DNA from: Malacoraja senta
Lineage: Eukaryota
DNA length: 64,000 nucleotides
Assembly (NCBI GenBank): GCA_038087875.1
Contig: CM075989.1
Location: 24,740,001-24,804,000 of the forward strand
Reading direction: 5' to 3'
Shown here: in pieces, positions 38,761 through 51,830 of the stretch
Layout: each line of letters begins with the position of its first letter
Position numbering within the stretch: the stretch's first letter is position 1
The notes under the pieces: generated by a model
Told to the model about the DNA's origin: nothing
Seen by the model: only the letters and a program-made list of their open reading frames with translations
The model's database searches: none
Program-made: the position numbers and the translations under genes

Positions 38761-39191
38761 ACTATCTACGACACCAGCTACTTTAGTGTCTGCTGCATGT
38801 TCTTCATGGTATTGTTAATGCACAGAGGGGGTGTTGGCTTCAGTCCAAGTCGATAAATCTTCGCAGCCTCAAAATAAATGATCCCACCGCACAAGTTGAA
38901 GCTCAGGGTTATTCTGTTTGGTGACCTGTCCAGTTATTGACTCTCATCAAATCACTAAGTCAGATGATCTGCCCATTTATTTCAATGATGTTTGTGGAAG
39001 CCGTTATCTGTGTACTGTGGACAGCTTGATTGTATTTGTGTATTGTCTTGATTTTGACTGGATAGCATGCAAACAAAAGCTTTTTGTTGTGTCTTGGTAC
39101 ACATGACAATAACACACTTGCTGTGCGTACATTGGTGGTAGATGTTCCTACATCACCATGTTATCTGCTCTTCAGATACTTCATTGGACCC

Positions 39192-39524
39192 AGAAGGATC
39201 CCGACCTGAAACGTCACCTATCCATGTTCTCCGGAGATGCTGCCTGACCCGCTGAGTTACTCCAGCACTCTGTGAAACGTCACCTATCCATGTTCTCCAC
39301 AGATGCTGCCTGACCCGCTGAGTTACTCCAGCACTCTGTGAAACGTCACCTATCCATGTTCTCCACAAATGCTGCCTGACCCGCTGAGTTACTCCAGTAC
39401 TCTGTGAAACGTCACCTATCCATGTTCTCCACAGATGCTGCCTGACCCGCTGAGTTACTCCAGTACTCTGTGAAACATCACCTATCCATGTTCTCCACAG
39501 ATGCTGCCTGACCCGCTGAGTTAC
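39192..39524 (+). repeat. 66-bp tandem array (about 4.8 units) derived from the Penelope pLTR
   Basis: Units start at 39208, 39274, 39340, 39406 and 39472. Confidence 0.9.
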
Positions 39525-40449
39525 ATTTTGGACCAAGATGAGCACATTGCAGACGATGCTTTTAGAGAGTCCATTGGACGCATGGTTAAGACAAGCACTC
39601 ACTCTTGCTGGATGTTGGGTGAACAGGGACCAGCTCTCTCCACTGCTCCATTAAAATTGATTTTTAAATGAGATTTCAGAAAGGCCAACACTCCAGAGAA
39701 TTAGTGCCACAGTTTTTTTAATTTAATTCTTTTGAGCTTAGGTTGATTTTGAAAGATCCTACGTCATAATGTTGAGAAAAACTGGAACTGCCAAATGCTC
39801 GAGAAATATTTCATTGAGTTTATCGGGAGATATTTATAACTGAATGGCAGGAAATAAGTGAAATTAAATCGTTAAAAACTCATGTGCAATAAATCTAAAG
39901 CTTCGCGTTCTGGGAAAGTTGGAGAATTTAGATAATATTTTCTGTGTTTGTACATTGATGCTGGTTTTTTAATGTGTGGGACAGAAAATGCTGGAGTGAC
40001 TCAGCGGGACAGTCTTCCTCAGTCTGAAGAAGGGTCATGACCCAAAACGTCGTCCATTCCTTCTCTCCAGAGATGTCACCTGTCCGCTGTGCTCAGGACT
40101 GCTATCTAGTTAGTGGTTGGATGGACAGTGAAACTTTGAACATGGTATCTAATTCTGAGTGCCTGGAGTGTCAAATGTGGGTTTCCCAAATTCAGGAAAG
40201 GCATTCTTATTGCACACATCACTCAGGCACCCAGACTAGAGTGCAAGATCAGACAGCATCCGTGGTCAAGATCAAACCCGGGTCTCTGGCACTGTAAGGC
40301 AGCAACTCTATTACCATGTATCTATACACTGTGAATGGCTCGATTGTAATCATGTATTGTCTTTCTGCTGACTGGTTAGCATGAAACAAAAGCTTTTCAC
40401 TGTACCTTGGTACATGTGACAATAAACTAAACTGAAACTGACACTGGAA

Positions 40450-40812
40450 TAGTGAAAGGCCTGGATAGAATGGACGAGGAGAGGATGGTTCCACTTGTGG
40501 GAGAGTCTAGGACCAGAAGTCACAGCCTCAGAATTAAAGGGCCTTCCTTTAGGAAGAAGATGAGAAGGAATTTCTTTAGTCAGAGGGTGGTGAATCTGTG
40601 GAATTCTTTGCCGCAGAAGGCTGTGGAGGCCAAGCCAATGGATATTTTTAAGACAGAGATAGATAGATTCTTGATTTGTACAGGTGTCAGGGGTTATGGG
40701 GAGAAGGCGGGAAAATTGGGTTAGGGGGGCGAGATAGATCAGCCATGATTGAATGGCAGAGTATTGATGGGCCGAATGGCCTAATTCTGCTCCTATCACT
40801 TGTGACCTTATG
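40450..40812 (+). mobile_element. CR1/HER1 3' end inserted in a Rex1-type tail (40312-40445)
   Basis: KGLDRMDEERMVPLVGESRTR..FFSQRVVNLWNSLP; ACTGAAACTG on both sides. Confidence 0.85.
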
Positions 40813-41276
40813 AAACTGAACTGAAACTGCTGCACCACTGGTTGTGTGCTGGGTGGGGGAGAGACCAGGGTAAAGCACTCTCACTTCTAAATTAGAGCTG
40901 GGAGCTGCCTTTGGAGACTCCAGGAATGCTGGCTGTCTCCCTGGAGAGAGGGGAGCAGTGTCTACAGGGCAGTAAACAAAGTCACCATGGGAGTTCACCA
41001 AAAACTCGCAATGATTCTTGGCTGCTTGCCCTGCAACCAATTAGGATCCAACTATCACACAAGGCTCTATTTACTGATGTTGGATGATGGATAATGTGCA
41101 ATGCAAGATTTGTCTCAGGAATAAAGTCTGTGAAAGACATTAACAAGATTAGAGTGTGTGTCGGTGTGGAAGAGATTATGACTCATATTCCTCACTGTAT
41201 GGAAGCATAAGATGGTGCAGTAACACCCATATTGTTTGGTTATCTGCGTGAAATGGTTGTCATTTAGGTTTAGACA

Positions 41277-41635
41277 GAAGATAGACGCAAAATGCTGGAG
41301 TAATTCAGCGGGTCAGGCAGCATCTGTGGAGAACATGGATAGGTGATGTTTCACCGAGTGCTGGAGTAACTCAGCGGGTCAGGCAGCATCTGTGGAGAAC
41401 ATGGATAGGTGACGTTTCACAGAGTGCTGGAGTAACTCAGCGGGTCAGGCAGCATCTGTGGAGAACATGGATAGGTGACGTTTCACAGAGTGCTGGAGTA
41501 ACTCAGCGGGTCAGGCAGCATCCTTGGAGAAAAAGAATAGGTGATGTTTTGGGTCAGGACCCTTCTTCAGACCGAGAGTCAGGGGAGAGGGAGACAGAGA
41601 TATGGAAGGGTAAGGTGTGAAAACACTGATCAAAG
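41277..41635 (-). mobile_element. Penelope 3' UTR/pLTR with 4 tandem 66-bp units
   Basis: Reverse complement of the unit at 32933 and 39208. Confidence 0.88.
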
Positions 41636-42001
41636 GTTGGGGACTTGCACAAGTGAGTTACTCTTGTGAAAGGAATGTGTTTGCTGTAAGTAAGAGACAT
41701 AAATGGCCAGCAGAGGGTGAAGATCAATTATTGGGGCTGATTTACAGTTTGATGGGGTGGGTAGTAACTGGAGTAGATTGTGTTACAGCTCAAGTGATCA
41801 GGCTTATGCACATTCTGTAAACCAGAAGAAAGAGCTACGATCACACAAATCTAAATTGTTAGTTTAATTCAATACAGGTTAATATGTTGCTGGACATAAA
41901 TGTTAACAGGCCTCTTTGAGACTCATTCCGTTTCTAGAAAAGGTCCCATTTAAGTAATAATTAATGGCAAAGTAAGCAGCTTCTGACCAGAGAGAAATTA
42001 A

Positions 42002-42747
42002 AGGGGCTGTCCCACTTGGGCGACCTAATCTGCGAGTTTAGAAGAGTGTCTTCGACCTTCAAACTCGCAGTATGGTCGACACGTGGTCCTAGGAGGTCCT
42101 ATGAGGTTGCTGGAATTCTCCTTCATGCTCGAGGGAAGTTCCCGAATACTCGCGGCCTCAGCTAGGTCGCGAAAAATTGTTCAGCATGTCGAAAAATGTT
42201 CCGCCAGTAAAATTTGGTCTGGTTGTGCAGTGGAGTGGGGTCGCTATTTAGTTACAGGCAGTCGAGGGCAGCCGTAGGCAATCTCCTTCGCTGACCGGGC
42301 ATTTTGATTGGCTCATTGGAGTTTTCAGGACCAAGGAAAACCGACCGGTAAGTAAAATGCCCGCTAAACTTTATTACACTTCTTTAAAGTGTCTCCACTA
42401 CTTCTCCCCATCTTCTCTCCCCTCTCTCCACCCTTTCTCCCCCTCTTCTTCCCCCTTCTCTCCCCTTCTTCCCCCCCCCCCCTCCGCGCTCTCTAAAGGA
42501 CTTACCGTACACTGTGCAGCCGTCTTTTTACCTTCCTCTTCATCGCGGGTGTGAATTTCAGACAGTGCTCCCCCGCTTTCCCTGGCCCCCGCCTTTGCGA
42601 TGTGTTTGTGTGTGTGTGTGTGCGGTCGGTCGATCCAGCTCGCGGTTTCATCCCTGACGGTCGATCCAGCTCGAGGTTTTCCAGGCGAGTGCCCTCGAGC
42701 TTGAAGGTCGAAGACACTCTTTGTAACTCGCAAGTGGGACAGCCCCT
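42002..42747. mobile_element. PIF/Harbinger-type non-autonomous DNA transposon
   Basis: 17-bp TIR AGGGGCTGTCCCACTTG, subterminal inverted repeat AAGAGTGTCTTCGACCTTCAA, and TAA duplication at 41999-42001 and 42748-42750. Confidence 0.88.
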
Positions 42748-43357
42748 TAACTTGCTGCCACTTGTGAGCAAAATGCCATAAACTGTTCCAAGTGGAGAGA
42801 GGTCACATTGTGTATCTCGGCATGGTTACGCCAGACTTACTGCTCGGGCTCAGCCAGCTTGCCCTGCATGAGCTTCAGATAACACGAGGTACTGGGTCTG
42901 TAGACAGGAACCTGACAGGCCAGGTACCTGGACAAGCTTGCTCTCTATCTCTCTCTATACTGTATCTCTCTATATCTCTTGTTTCCCTTTCCCCTGACTC
43001 TCAGTCTGATGAAAGATCTCTATTCCTTCTCGCCAGAGATGCTGCCTGCCCCGCTGAGTTACCCCAGCATTTTGTGTCTATCTTCAGGGTAAAGCAGCAT
43101 CTGCAGTTCCTTCCTACACAAGGTGGTGAAGCATATCGATGCATGCAGGGTGATGTCAGGAGATGTTGCTGGATGAAGGTGCTGAGGACCACCAAGCCAC
43201 AACAACCCCTCGTCTCTCTATCAGTCCACTAACACAGCAGAGGACAGGTCAGCAGCCCTTGCGTAAGATGCAGAAAAGAACAATTAGAACAAAAGCAATA
43301 TTATAAAATATTAAAATTTTAAGAAAATAAAAATGGCCAAAGAAGAAGAAGGAGGGT

Positions 43358-43820
43358 CTGGTGGCACAGCGGTAGAGTTGCTGCCTCACAGCGCCAGAGA
43401 CCCAAGGTTTGGTCCTGACTATGGGTGCTATTTGTACAGAGTTTGGACATTCTCCCTGTGACCACGTGAGTTTTCTCCGGGAGCTCCGGTTTCCTACCAC
43501 GCTCCAAAAATGTGCAGGTTTGTAGGTTAATTGGCTTCAGTAAAAATTGTAAATTGTCCCTAGTGCATGTAGGGTTGGGTCCTTGCTGGTCAGTGATCAC
43601 CCCAGTAGATTAGCACTATCCTACACACTAGGGAATTTATACAAGCCAATTAACCTTAAAGTATGTGGAGTGTGGGAGGAAAGAGGAGCACCTGGAGAAA
43701 ACCCACATGGTCACGGGGAGAACATGCAAACTCCATACAGACAGCATCCGTAGTCATTATCGAACCCGGGTCTCTGGCGCTGTAAGGCAACAACTCTACC
43801 ACTGTGCCACCGTGCCACCC
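43358..43820. mobile_element. Tail-to-tail pair of HE1 V-SINEs
   Basis: GGTGGCACAGCGGTAGAGTTG at the left and CAACTCTACCACTGTGCCACC at the right. Confidence 0.8.
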
Positions 43821-44997
43821 ATGCTGATGAAGTCTTTGGACTTAGAACAACTGAAGCAAAAATAAGAGCTTTCGAGTTCCAGGCCAACACCAACAATATC
43901 ATTTAAATTCCATTTTGTACTTTCCATTTTATACCCATACACTACATTTTATTCATCAGCTAAAGACCAGTCAAGGATTTGTGTACAATTTCCCAATAAA
44001 TGATTGGAGGAATTAAAAACTGTGAATAAAATGTCCCTCATTAACAAAGCACCTAAAAGCAACCAGCTCAAAGCTTTAGATGACAACAGAATGCATGACA
44101 TTGGATCATAATCAGAGTTGCAAATCTAAAGCTGCCATAGCAACACTGAGGAACCCTGGATAATACAGGGGATTATCTCTTTCCTCCCACACTCCACATA
44201 CTGGAAGGTTAATTGGCTTCTATAAATTGTATATTGTCCCCAGTGTGTAGGATAGTGCTAATCTACTGGGGTGATCACTGGTCAGCAGGGACCCAGTGGG
44301 CTGAAGGACCTTTTCCCACGCTGTATCTCCAAAGTGTAAAGTTAAGTCTGAAGCCCACACCTTCTGAAATAACCCATTCTCCTCCTTTCTATTCATGCTG
44401 CCCTTCCTCTCCGATTGCCGTCCACCCAATGTCCTCCTCCCTGCCGGTATCGGGCACATTATATCTACTGAGGATCAGCCAGAGTTTCATGTGCCTTCCT
44501 TGAATCTGCACTCTGGTTGACAAGACAGGAGATCCAGGTTGTTTCTTTAACAGCTCACTCAACCTGTTCTGCCACTTTCAGAGAAGCAGAAGATTCACAA
44601 GCATGGAGGTGCACGGCACACTCACTCAGCTCATTTTTAAAGCCAGCTGCATTCGATGCCTTGCAGAATAACTTTGGTAGATTTTCTAATTGCTGCCTGG
44701 GGTGGAATTAGCGTTGCAAATCGGCTGCCCTTTATAGAAACCATCTGATTTCCCTTAGCATTGAGATCAGCATTGCAGAAAGAGTTGCTTTCCATTAACT
44801 CTTCAAGTCCTGGAGTAAGGCTGGAACCCCTGGCAGGGCTATGTGCTCCATTAACGGAGCTGGCCAATAGATGAAGGGGTGCAAGGGTCACTGGTGGTTC
44901 TAGTGAGCTGCAGTGTTACGGCATTGGGACACCAAACGTCGGGACAATGGGAAAGGAATTGAAGAGCTGAGATGAGAAAGAACCATCCACTCTGTAT

Positions 44998-45318
44998 GTG
45001 TAGGAAGGAACTGCAAAAGATAGACACAAAGTGCTGGAGTAACTCAGCGGGTCAAGCAGCATCTGTGGAGAACATGGATAGGTGACGTTTCACAGAGTGC
45101 TGGAGTAACTCAGCGGGTCAGGCAGCATCTGTGGAGAACATGGATAGGTAACGTTTCACAGAGTGCTGGAGTAACTCAGCGGGTCAGGCAACATCTCTGG
45201 AGAAAAGGAATAGGCGACGTTTCGGGTTGAGAACCCTTCATCAGTCTGAAGACAGGTCTCAACTTGAAACTTCACCTATACCTTTTCTCCAGAGATGCTG
45301 CCTGTCCCGCTGAGTTAC
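44998..45318. mobile_element. Penelope pLTR element with 3 tandem units (-) and an inverted arm (+)
   Basis: Inversion centre TCAGTCTGA at 45241-45249; CCACTCT on both flanks. Confidence 0.85.
45216..45244 (-). ncRNA. Minimal hammerhead ribozyme core (best-preserved copy found in the window)
   Basis: Minus strand CUGAUGA-A-GGGUU[CUC]AACCC-GAAA-CG-UC: conserved core, helix II, palindromic ACGU helix III and GUC site; helix I is disrupted by the inversion junction, and activity is untested. Confidence 0.6.
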
Positions 45319-45862
45319 ACCCACTCTACATTTGTGGAGGAGACCATGGATCAAGGAGATAAGTTGCTATCCCGTTTGCAAAGGGGAGTGAGCGTGATGT
45401 GGGAGATGATGGGCATGTGGTGTATCTCTACACCGCTGGAGCTGGGCAGACTGGGGACATGAACGATCCTGCTCCTGTGGAGAGGGAGAGGAGATAGAGC
45501 ATGCGGTGGCCATTGGCCAGGACTGAGCAACAAGAAGTATAATGACCGCACTGTGGGTGTGAGTGATGTGTCAGCAGAGTGAGGTCAACCAAAGATTAGT
45601 GAGGACAAGGAAGAACGAGAAATAGACCGTGTGGGGAGTAGGAGAGGGGTGAAAGTTAAAGCAGAAACTAATCAACGTTGTTTCATTCACCAGGAAAAGT
45701 GGAAAATGTCGATGTAACAATGACAGCCAAGCTGGCAAAAGACACTGACCTGTCCGTGAGGGGGGGAGTGTTAGGGGTAGTCCACCCCACTCCTAAACCG
45801 AGGAATGTCAGGCACAAAATAGGAGAGAGACAGGGTGAAAATAGAATATAAAGTGAGGGAAC

Positions 45863-45874
45863 ACAGAGACAGAC

Positions 45875-45905
<31 letters not shown>

Positions 45906-45982
45906 GAGACTGACAGAGAGAGAGACTGACAGAGAGAGAGACAGAAAGAGAGAAAAGCAAGAGGAAGACAGAGAGAGAGAGA
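45863..45982. repeat. (GA)n-rich microsatellite
   Basis: Direct reading. Confidence 0.9.
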
Positions 45983-46556
45983 GCTCGACATTCTAATCAA
46001 GTACAACAACTTCAGTTTTGTTCAATGATTCCATTTATCTCCCTGTATAAGAATGAAAGGAAAGGGAATAGAGAGAGACACACACACACACAGACTTCCA
46101 GCCAAGGAAGGTAGCTTCAGTTTTGCCCCATTTTGCCAATTAGTTCCCTGTATTAGCTTGGCTAGTTCAGTAAATCAGGTATGTTATTATAAATCGTGGA
46201 CCTTAACTAAACTTAACCAACTTGATATCCAGCATTGAAAGGCTCCATAGTAATAAGATTTAATACTAAAGAACCAATTAACCTCCAAGTCAAGCAAGCA
46301 GAACCGATCAGAATGGTTGGACAAGAGACCACAGGTTGACCGATGTTGGTCGAAAAACAATACCTAATTTCACTATGAATTTTGTGGTTGAATAATCTTC
46401 AGATTTTAAACATCTGTGACGTACGTGCGGGGTAATGGGAGAAATGAGCCACGAACGGGCTCAGTATATCCTTGACTCAACTGATAATGGGCATTCCAAA
46501 CTAACACTGGGATTTGAGAACAAAGAGCCTTTAGTGAAATGAATGATAGCCAGAAG

Positions 46557-46768
46557 GAAGGTAGACAAAAATGCTGGAGAAACTCAGCGGGTGAGGCAGC
46601 ATCTTTGGAGCGAAGGAAATAGGCGACGTTTCGGACTTCAGTCTGAAGAAGGGTCTCGACCCGAAACGCCACCTATTCCTTCGCTCCATAGATGCTGCCT
46701 CACCCACTGAGTTTCTCCAGCATTTTTATCTACCTTAGATTTTTCCAGCATCTGCAGTTCCTTCTTAA
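46557..46768. mobile_element. Palindromic Penelope pLTR element (TTCGCTCCATAGATGC subfamily)
   Basis: Arms meet at CTTCAGTCTGAAG. Confidence 0.85.
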
Positions 46769-48589
46769 AGATAACCTGACGGATGTACTTCAAGTGAAAG
46801 ATTGTGCTCAAAGAAAATGGACGACTATGTTTTAAAATAGAAATTGGTTTCAGTCTGTCAAACCTATATAATCTCCATGCATTGGGGTGGAAGGTTTTGT
46901 GACATTGAAATAGTGTTCGTGACCCTTCATTATGAAGGGAAAGTTTGCAGAGCAACCCTCCACAATATAAGACACAAGATGCTGGAGTAACTCAGCAACT
47001 CAGAATGTCTGAAGAACTCTACCTGATCTATTCCCCTCATGATTTGGCACTCCTCTATAAGGTCACCCCCTCATCCTCCTGCGCTCCAGTGCAAGCCTGC
47101 TCAGCTTCTCCCTATAGCTCAGACCCTGGAGTCCTGGCAGTGAATACTATGGAGACATATCGAGACCAATTGCATTGTGCCACAAGTTCAACACCTTGTT
47201 CACAAGTTCACGAGTTATAGGAGTAGAATTAGGCCATTCGGCCCATCGAGTCTACTCTGCCATTCAATAATGGCTGATCTCTGCCTCCTAATCCCATTTT
47301 CCTGCCTCCTCCCCATAACACTTGACACCCGTTCTAATCTATGTCTCTCAGCTTTGCTCCATACAGATGCTGAGAGGTAGTTACACTGGCCCCAGCCCTC
47401 AATGTTCAGTACTGACAGTACCCCAGACTGTGTTTATTTTTTAATCAAACAATACTAGTCAACAAAATGCATTTTAACAACAGCCCAGTAGTTTTTAAAT
47501 CATCATTCCTGAAGACGGTTTTGTATTCCAGATGAAATAAATTACTTGAATTTAAATTCCTGACTGCTGTGTGCGGCTTCAAGCTGAGGCCTACCCATCA
47601 ATAGCCTGTGTCCCTGGACAATGGTGGAGTAACTTAACCTCTAGGCTACAGTAGCAGGCGAACATACAGCAGCGCATGGCCTCAGGCTCACGGTACACAC
47701 TGCATAACTGGTTGAAGTGCAGCCACAGTGGGCTTTTAATAAATACCCCTGGGATCATGAAATCATCCCCTTGTTCAGACAGAGCCCATAAATTGCCAAT
47801 TTATTACAGTCTGCCTCAGGCCTCACGACAGTGCACTTTGGTGATAAAGGAATGGAAGGAAAAGATTGGTGCCTAACGTACAGGAGATGGAGTTAAAGGT
47901 GGAGACCTCATGTACTGGAGCTGACATTGATGTCCTTACACTGAGTGAGACCAACTTCACATTCTCTATCTTTCAACACAGTTTGCAGCAGGTCCTGTGA
48001 AGGTTCGTGCTGTGATTGTCCACACCCCCACTGACCTGCACAAGTGGACAGAATTCTTCAGCAAAGACAGGAGGTGCAAACACATATCTCCATGCACAAG
48101 GTGCACAGAACTGTTAGTTTAGGAAGGAACTACCAATAACGCAGCTGGTAGTTTGGAGTTTAGTTGGAGTTTGTAGTGTTCAATAGCCTGATGGCTGGAG
48201 GGAAAAAGCTGATCCTGAACCTAGACGTTATGGTTTTCAGGCACCCGTACCTTCTGCCCAATAGCAGGAGTGAAAGGAGAGCGTGGCCAGGGTGGTGTGG
48301 GTCTCTGATGATGCTGGCTGCCTTACTGTCTCTAACTCACCCCCCTAACCCCGTTCTCCTGCCTTCTCCCCATAACCTCTGACACCCGTGCTAATCAAAC
48401 GTCTATCAATCTCTGCCTTAAAAATATCCACTGACTTGGCTTCCACAGCCTTCTGTGGCAAAGAATTCTGTGGCACAGATTCACCACCCTCTGACTACAG
48501 AAATTCCTCCTCATCTTCTTCCTAAAGGAACGTCCTTTAAGGTTCAACTCCTACCACGTGTGTGCCAGAGTTAGCGGCTCCCTTGTTGG

Positions 48590-49200
48590 TCTTCATCAGT
48601 CAGAGAATTGAGAAAAGGTCATGTTGCAGTTGTACAAGATGTGGGTGAGGCCGCATTTATAGTATTGTGTTCAGTTTTGGCAACATGTTATAGGAAAGAT
48701 GTTGTCAAGCTGCACAGGGTGCAAAGAGGTTTCATGAGGATGTTGCCAGGACTCGAGGGCCTGAGCTATAGGGAGAGGTTGAGTAGGCTGGGACTCTATT
48801 CCTTGGAGCGCAGGAGGATAAGGGATGATCTTATAGAAGTGTATAAAATCATGAGAGGAATAGATCGGGTAGATGCACAGAGTCTCTTGCCCAGAGTAGG
48901 GTAATCAAGAACCAGAGGACATAGGTTTAAGGTGAAGGGGAAAAGATTTAATAGGAATCTGAGCGGTAACTTTTTCACACTAAGGGTGATGGGTATATGG
49001 AGCGAGCTACCGGAGGAGATAGTTGAGGCAGGGACAATCGCAACGTTTAAGAAACATTTACAAAGGTACATGGATAGGACAGGTTTAGAGGGATATGGGC
49101 CAAATGCAGGCAAGTGGGACTATTGTAGATGGGGCATGTTGGTCGGTGTAGGAAGTTGGGCCGAAGGGCCTGTTTCCATGCTGTATCACTCTATGACTCT
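48590..49200 (+). mobile_element. CR1/HER1 3' fragment, with its 3' end repeated at about 49295-49412
   Basis: YRKDVVKLHRVQRGFMRMLPGLEGLSYRERL..FFTLRVMGIWSELP. Confidence 0.88.
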
Positions 49201-50784
49201 AATTGAACCATCCTATTACCAACTAGAGAGCGATCCTGAACTACTATCTACCTCATTAGTGACCCATAGACTATCTTTTGTTGCAAGATATAACATGGTA
49301 GGTACATGGGTAGGACAGGTTTAGAGGGATATGGGCCAAACGCAGGCAGGTGGGACTAGTATTGATGGGGTGTTGGGCCGAAGGGCCTGTTTCCATGCTG
49401 TATCACTCTATGACAACTCCAACAAACAACACTAGAGAAGCAGCAACTCATGGCTGATCAAAGAGGCTGGTCAGAGCAGAGGAGCTGAGCGACAGAGGAG
49501 CCAGCCACATTCTCTTTGTCGTTGCAGTTTCAGTTCAGTTTATTGTCACGTGTACCGAGGTACAGTGAAAAGCTATGGTTGCGAGCTAACCAGCCAGCGG
49601 AAAGACAATACATGATTACAATCGAGCCATTCGCAGTGTACAGATACAGGATAAGGGAATAACGTTTAGTGCAAGGTAAAGCCAGCAAAGTCCGATCATA
49701 TGGTGGTGCACTGATTACATTATTGTAAAGGAGGGTCTCGACCTGAAACATCACCCATTGCTTCTCTCCAGAGATGCTGCCTGTCCCGCTGAGTTTCTCC
49801 AGCTTTTTGAGTCATACATTTTTGAAAGCAGCTTCCTGAGTAAGATTGCAACTTTGCGCTGAGTGTTTGGAATCTTTCACTGACCCCATTACTGTTTCAC
49901 TCACTTACAGGGGGCATGCAGAGTGCAGTGGGATCATGTGTTGTGATGGTCTCTCACCAGATGGAGGGCAGCCCTGATATGTGAGCATCATGCAGAACGA
50001 TTGCCATGTGAGTAGAGGCAGCTTCAGCAACAACAGGCACATTTAACAAACCATCTACATTTTTCCGTTGGTAACTACAGCCCGGTCGGTCCTCAGCAGA
50101 GTTGTGACAGGAGGCTAAGCAGTTAGCAGGTCTGTTTTAACAACAGCTAATTAATGCATTCCCTGCACAACTTCGCAGAGTAAATGGTCCACTGAGGAAC
50201 AGGGACAATGAGACATACCAGTGTCCCTGACGCCTGTAACATTTGCAACCACTCTGAGAAGAGGCCAGAATCAAAGCCAAAATCAGCTTTAATCACTGAT
50301 AGCCTTTTGCTGCACAAACAAGCCTTTCAGAGTGACCGAATACATTCCATCTTGCAATTAATGGATCCTAAAACCGCAGGGTTCTTGGCTTGTGAAGGAA
50401 ACCAAAATCAATTATTGACAGTGGCTTAGTGCCTGGCTTTTTTTGTCTTGTATTTCAAAGGTTCTGCTTACCTCAGCAGAAACCTAATGAGCTCCCAAGA
50501 AAGGGAGCTGGGAAGATGCACAGTCCACGTCTCACTGCATCCTCACATCTGTCTGTCTGCAGTGCTGTAGCTCTGATGCCGTTCCATACAGCCTCCTCAG
50601 CTGGCCTTTGCTGCTGCTTGCTTGGCCCATGATTTATCAAGATTCACAAGTTCTTACATTTGACCTCCAAAACGCAACATCTCACACTTATCCAGATTAA
50701 TTTCCATCTGACATTCCTCTGATCACATTTCCAACTGGTCTATATGTAGAAACAAACAATTGGAGATGTTGCTTAATGCACAAA

Positions 50785-51080
50785 AGGATACAAAGTGCTG
50801 GAGTAACTCAGCGGGTCAGGCAGCATCTGTGGAGAACATGGATAGGTGACGTTTCACAGAGTGCTGGAGTAACTCAGCGGGTCAGGCAGCATCTGTGGAG
50901 AACATGGATAGGTGACGTTTCACAGAGTGCTGGAGTAACTCAGTGGGTCAGGCAGCATCTGTGGAGAACATGGATAGGTGACATAGAGTGACATCTGAAC
51001 GGGGATCCCGACCCGAAAGTCGCCTATTCCTTTTCCCCAGGGATGCTGCCTGACCCTCTGAGTTACTCCAGCACTCTGTG
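50785..51080. mobile_element. Penelope pLTR element with 3 tandem units (-) and an inverted arm (+)
   Basis: Same 66-bp unit as the other arrays. Confidence 0.85.
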
Positions 51081-51605
51081 GGGTTTTATAAAGAACATTA
51101 TCTATCAAGTGAGTCAAGAGCGTTTTATTGTCATGTCACAAAATGGAACTATGAAACGTCTGATAGACACAAAATGCTGGAGTAACTCAGCGCAAACCTC
51201 TGTCTGATTACTCCATCATCTTGTCACCTCAACGGCGTGGTGTTCAAAATATAAAAGATAAATACTGGGCAGGTCAGGCAGGGTCTGTTGTGAGAGAAGC
51301 AGAGGCTGTTTCAGCTCACAGCATTCATCATATCCTGGTCCATTTACCATCCTGTCCCTCCACTTTTCTCTGTTAACTGCAGAGACAGGGAACTGCAGAT
51401 GCTGGCTAACAGAAAAGGACACAAAGTGCTAGAGTAACTCAGTGGGTCATGTATCGTGGTGTCAGATTTTGTCCACCAGTCACTGCCAGCTACCGGGAGC
51501 GTTCAAAGTGCCATGGGCATGTATGTTGTTACTGTTCCCAGCTGTTTCTCATCATTTAGCCATTGAGTCTGAATCACTGCCTGAAAGGAGCCTCACCAAA
51601 TGATT

Positions 51606-51830
51606 TGTGTAGGAAGGAACTGCAGATGCTGGTTTAAACCGAAGATAGACACAAAATGCTGAGTAACTCAGCGAGACAGGCAGCATCTCCGGGGAGATGG
51701 AATGGGTGAAGTTCTCTAGAGAGAAGGAATGGGTGATATCTGAAGAAGGGTCTCGACCCAAAACATCACCCATTCCTTCTTTCCAGAGATGCTGCCTGTC
51801 CGCTGAGTTACTCCAGCATTTTGTGTCTAT
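51606..51830. mobile_element. Palindromic Penelope pLTR element
   Basis: Inverted arms; degenerate flanking repeat CACCAAATGATTT / CACTAAATTATCT. Confidence 0.8.

Noticed and set aside
39208..39524. Regularly spaced repeats resembling a CRISPR array
   Set aside because: Units are contiguous with no unique spacers, there are no cas genes, and the context is eukaryotic
39153..39602. ORF with 22-aa repeats (SQSAGVTQRVRQHLWRTWIGDV), also at 50776
   Set aside because: By-product of a 66-bp (3n) tandem repeat of a non-coding pLTR read antisense; no evidence of a real protein
45694..45755. Possible plus-strand micro-exon (GKVENVDVTMTAKLAKDTDLS)
   Set aside because: Weak splice sites and an unrecognised peptide
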